This document shows, one piece after another, positions 10,521 to 13,289 of a stretch of DNA of 13,289 nucleotides. The position numbers were made by a program, and so were the translations under genes. Each line of letters opens with the position of its first letter. The first letter of the stretch is position 1. The notes under the pieces are model-generated. The model was not told the DNA's origin. It was given only the letters and a program-made list of their open reading frames with translations, and ran no database searches. The stretch comes from Azolla caroliniana (Eukaryota > Plantae > Polypodiophyta): the NCBI GenBank assembly GCA_043228905.1, contig JBHGNT010000967.1, positions 1 to 13,289 of the forward strand, given 5' to 3'.

Positions 10521-10790
10521 CTGGAAGCAAAGGATTTGGGGGAAGGGAAGCCGCTACGATCTGGATTCTGCAAGGCAAAGGATTTGGAGATGCGCTAAGG
10601 AATTTTCGGAAGGCAGGAGGTGTGGCAGAGCCCCCCTCGTTTCGGAGATTCCAGGAGATCGAAACGCGTCGGAAACCCTAACCCTAATCTCCCTGTTCTG
10701 TTGTGGACAGAGACAGAAGAGACAGAAGAGACAGAGATTTGACTGCATACGTAATTTACTCAATACAACAGAAACAGAGAAAAGAGAAGA
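10521..10790 (-). other. Probable non-coding first exon (5'UTR), joined through a 923-nt leader intron (10520-9598). The 5' boundary is approximate.
   Basis: CAG|GTAAAT donor at 10521/10520 and TTTTCAG acceptor at 9598. The sequence is CT-rich with (TCTCTTCTG)n repeats and a telo-box, typical of plant leaders. Confidence 0.6.
10673..10687 (+). promoter_or_regulatory. Telo-box AAACCCTAA with an overlapping second AACCCTAA
   Basis: Exact motif aaaccctaaccctaa in the putative leader. Telo-boxes are established plant promoter and 5'UTR elements. Confidence 0.6.
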
Positions 10791-10876
10791 AACTATACTA
10801 TGTATGACCTCTGCCCAATTGCCCAAAACAAATCAAATATGTGGATGAATTTGTCCGGCCGGCCGGACATTCGGCC

Positions 10877-11267
10877 GGACACACCCCCCCCCCCCCGGTT
10901 CGCCTCCCGTGTTTTTGTCCGGCCCGAGACGACCCCCCGGACACCCCACCCCATTCGCCTCCCGTGTTTTTGTCCGGCCCCAGACAACCCCAGGACACCC
11001 CCCATCAACCTCCCATGTTTTTGTCCGGCCCCAAACAACCCCCCTCGGACACCCCCCATCAACTTCTCGTGTTTTTGTCCGGCCCCAGACAACCCCATGA
11101 CACCCCCCATCAGCCTCCCGTGTTTTTGGCCAACCCAAGATGACCCCCCTCGGACACCCCTCGTCAGCCTCTCATGCTTTTGTCCGCCCCGAAAGGACCC
11201 CTGCACACGCCCACATTCGCCATGCTTTTGTCCGCCCCAAAAAGGACCCCTGCACGCCCACATTCGC
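10877..11267. repeat. GC-rich minisatellite, about 7 units: core units of 51-54 bp (GGACACCCC...CCTCCCGTGTTTTTGTCCGGCCC...) grading into two 46-48 bp variant units
   Basis: Units start at 10877, 10939, 10993, 11047, 11098 and 11152. The variant CATGCTTTTGTCCGCCCC...CACATTCGC starts at 11173 and 11221. Confidence 0.92.
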
Positions 11268-11282
11268 TAGGGAGATCCACGC

Positions 11283-11549
11283 GTGATATGCCAGCAGACC
11301 CTTCGCCTTGCTCTTTCCTAACGGACGAGCACATACTTGTCTCTAGCTGTTATATATGTATATCGTGCCACTCAGTGATCCGATTTTCTCTGTGCCCGCC
11401 CATTGATAAATGCGGTGATATGCTAGCGGACCCTTCGACTCGCTCTTTCCTAAAGGACGAGCATGTACTTTTCTCGAGCTGTTATATATGTAGATCGTGC
11501 CACTCAGTGATGCGATTTTCTGTGTGCCCACCCATTGATAAATGCGGTG
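11283..11549. repeat. 132-bp tandem duplication (2 copies, about 90% identical)
   Basis: Copies start at 11283 and 11415, with 13 substitutions by my count and no indels. Confidence 0.95.
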
Positions 11550-12439
11550 GTTATGCCCGAGTCAATTGCAGTACATGAGACATTAATACTCCATCCATCA
11601 TGACAAGGAAGTATGAGATATATGATCTTCTTGCATGTGCTTCGAGTATTTTCAATACATTAGGACATTACTCTAGTTGAACTGGCAATATATGATCATA
11701 ACATATCGAAAAGTCCACCCACATACGCTTCTAAGTGCCTCGTCAATATCGAAATTAGGTTCCTCTTTCCCCGATTCTTCAAACCACACACTTCGTCTTC
11801 TTAAGACACCTGTTCTCTCTCGTTGTCATTGCCTTCATAACAAAATGTATGCATTCGATGATTGAGCAGTGGACGAACTTCTTATTCGAGGAGGCAAGGA
11901 TTTGCCCGAGGTTCGCAAGCTTTTTTTTAAAAGTTTTTCCCTTTTCTCTTCTTTTTCATGACCCACCCACCCATCATGGCCCATGGAAGACCATCCATGA
12001 TACATCTATGGTGTGCCCATGATGACAAGAAAGTACCCTTAGCATACAATTTTCATGGGAAACCCTTGGCGCGTCCTTTAAGCTAAACTTGCCCTTTTGA
12101 TTTATTTTTTTCGAGCAAGTATGTTTGTTTTTTGTTTTTTGTTTTTTGTGGGTGGGTGGGGGGGGGGGGGGGGCTAATGTTGTTGACAGATTGAATGCAA
12201 CCAAACCCCCTTTAAGAAAATAATGGCACTAATAAAAAGCATTTGTTGGAGAAAACCGAAAATCACATCTTCTTTTCATGTTAAGGGCTTGGCTCGTATT
12301 CACTCGTTGAACATGTTTTAGAGGAAGCGTTGAACACATAACTCCTCAAAGAGAAGAAAAAACTAACATTTTCAAACTCGGAAAACAAGTGGTTTTTTTC
12401 TCTTCCAAAGAGTGGTTTATTGCCACTTTGAACTCGAGC

Positions 12440-13289
12440 CAACCCATTTATGGTTTATTTATTTTTTGTTTCAAGAGTGGGTTTGCTTTCGCCATCTCTG
12501 GGGCCCTAGAATCAAATTTATCTTACTATTTATTTAGTCGAATTTTTTATTATTAAGTATGCTTTTAAGAGGCATACCTTTTGTTTTCTTTACTACTACA
12601 AACACGTGCTCATTTCAACGAGGTTCTCAATGGGTCTCTCAATCGCTATATCCTATAAAACTTGACACAACACTTAGCCACACGTCAACATCGGGTTTAG
12701 AGCCCCCTTAAGGAGTGACATGATCGAGCACACACGTACTAGGGTCTCTGTAGAAAGTTCCAATATCCCTACTTTTCACCTTATGGTGTGTGTCCCACTT
12801 GGAAAACAACTTTATCATATATCTTACACTCTTTTGCTCTCGGCCTTCGGTTCCAACATTGTTTAATGAAGAATAAATAATGAGTCCACCCCTTGGGGTT
12901 TTTGGAACTAATGAGAACAATCACCAGTCAAAGACAGCTTGCTAGGTAATGCACGTGTTGGAGTGGTAGTTGAGACCCAATGAGCTTTAACTCATTTTAT
13001 GGTGCATGCAAAACAGTGATCTCGTGTTGGAAGATACCAAGGGGCTCCATATGGGGGTGGGATGCCTTGTTAGACAATCTCCGCTCTCGCATGATATTAT
13101 ACTATACAGGACCAAACATAGCACAACATTTTATTATGTTATATAGTTGGTCCGAAGCATTGGGGAGGCCTTCGTCCTCTAGTAGGTTCCGAGAAGAAGA
13201 ACTTATAAAGGAGATGGAGACTTATAACTGACTTGATTAAATCGGTGTGTTGATTGGTTCTTGCCCTTCTCTCATCGTGACTATGAGAT
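12440..13289 (+). pseudogene. Highly degenerate LINE (L1-like) ORF2 reverse-transcriptase remnant; runs off the window end
   Basis: Colinear decayed motifs in shifting frames: LENNFIIYLTLFC..AFGSNI (12799-12860; cf. L..FC.ASG..IN), GRYQGAPYG (13029-13055; cf. RYLGxP), WDALLDNLRSRM (13058-13093; cf. W..l..ki..rL..W) and LPFSHRDYE (13261-13287; cf. LP...GGLG). The catalytic xADD motif is not recognisable. Pattern recognition only. Confidence 0.45.

Larger units (their letters stand above)
10792..11676 (+). mobile_element. Putative non-autonomous Helitron-like element (about 885 bp)
   Basis: Starts ACTATACTA (Helitron 5' ends are TC, often TCTATACTA) and ends CTAG followed by T at 11677. A degenerate hairpin GTATT-TTC-AATAC lies at 11646-11658. 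It is flanked by A and T with no TSD, shows an abrupt GC shift and has internal tandem repeats. The first base is non-canonical and the hairpin is weak. Confidence 0.45.

Noticed and set aside
10793-11263. Gly-rich minus-strand ORFs (GQKHG repeats) as a glycine-rich protein
   Set aside because: Several frames on both strands are open simply because the GC-rich repeat lacks stop codons.
10877-11267. CRISPR-like array (conserved GTTTTTGTCCGGCCC core with variable intervening sequence)
   Set aside because: The intervening segments are homologous to each other rather than unique spacers. There are no cas genes and the context is a eukaryotic spliced gene.
11361-11510. CxxCH heme-c motifs (CISCH, CRSCH) in ORF 11174..11578
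   Set aside because: They arise from a DNA duplication with near-neutral substitutions, several of them CpG/CHG-type. There is no cytochrome context or targeting signal.

Overview
Eukaryotic land-plant genomic DNA, AT-rich and intron-rich. A fern or other non-angiosperm lineage is my guess and cannot be shown from the window. The main feature is one complete minus-strand gene with 14 coding exons (ATG 9586 to TGA 2350; 1221 nt, 406 aa), assembled by hand from splice sites and reading-frame continuity. It encodes a Golgi-type nucleotide-sugar transporter of the CMP-sialic acid transporter-like (SLC35A / UTR6-CSTLP) group. It has one GC-AG intron and a probable non-coding first exon near 10521-10790. 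Directly upstream is a GC-rich, repeat-filled block of about 885 bp (10792-11676) with Helitron-like ends, holding a 51-54 bp minisatellite and a 132 bp duplication. The right end holds a heavily decayed LINE-like reverse-transcriptase remnant. Introns and flanks contain many local tandem duplications and possible solo-LTR remnants. Most ORFs in the supplied track are spurious. I found no well-supported novel multi-gene system. The best leads are the element at the promoter, the splice features and the transporter's divergent termini.
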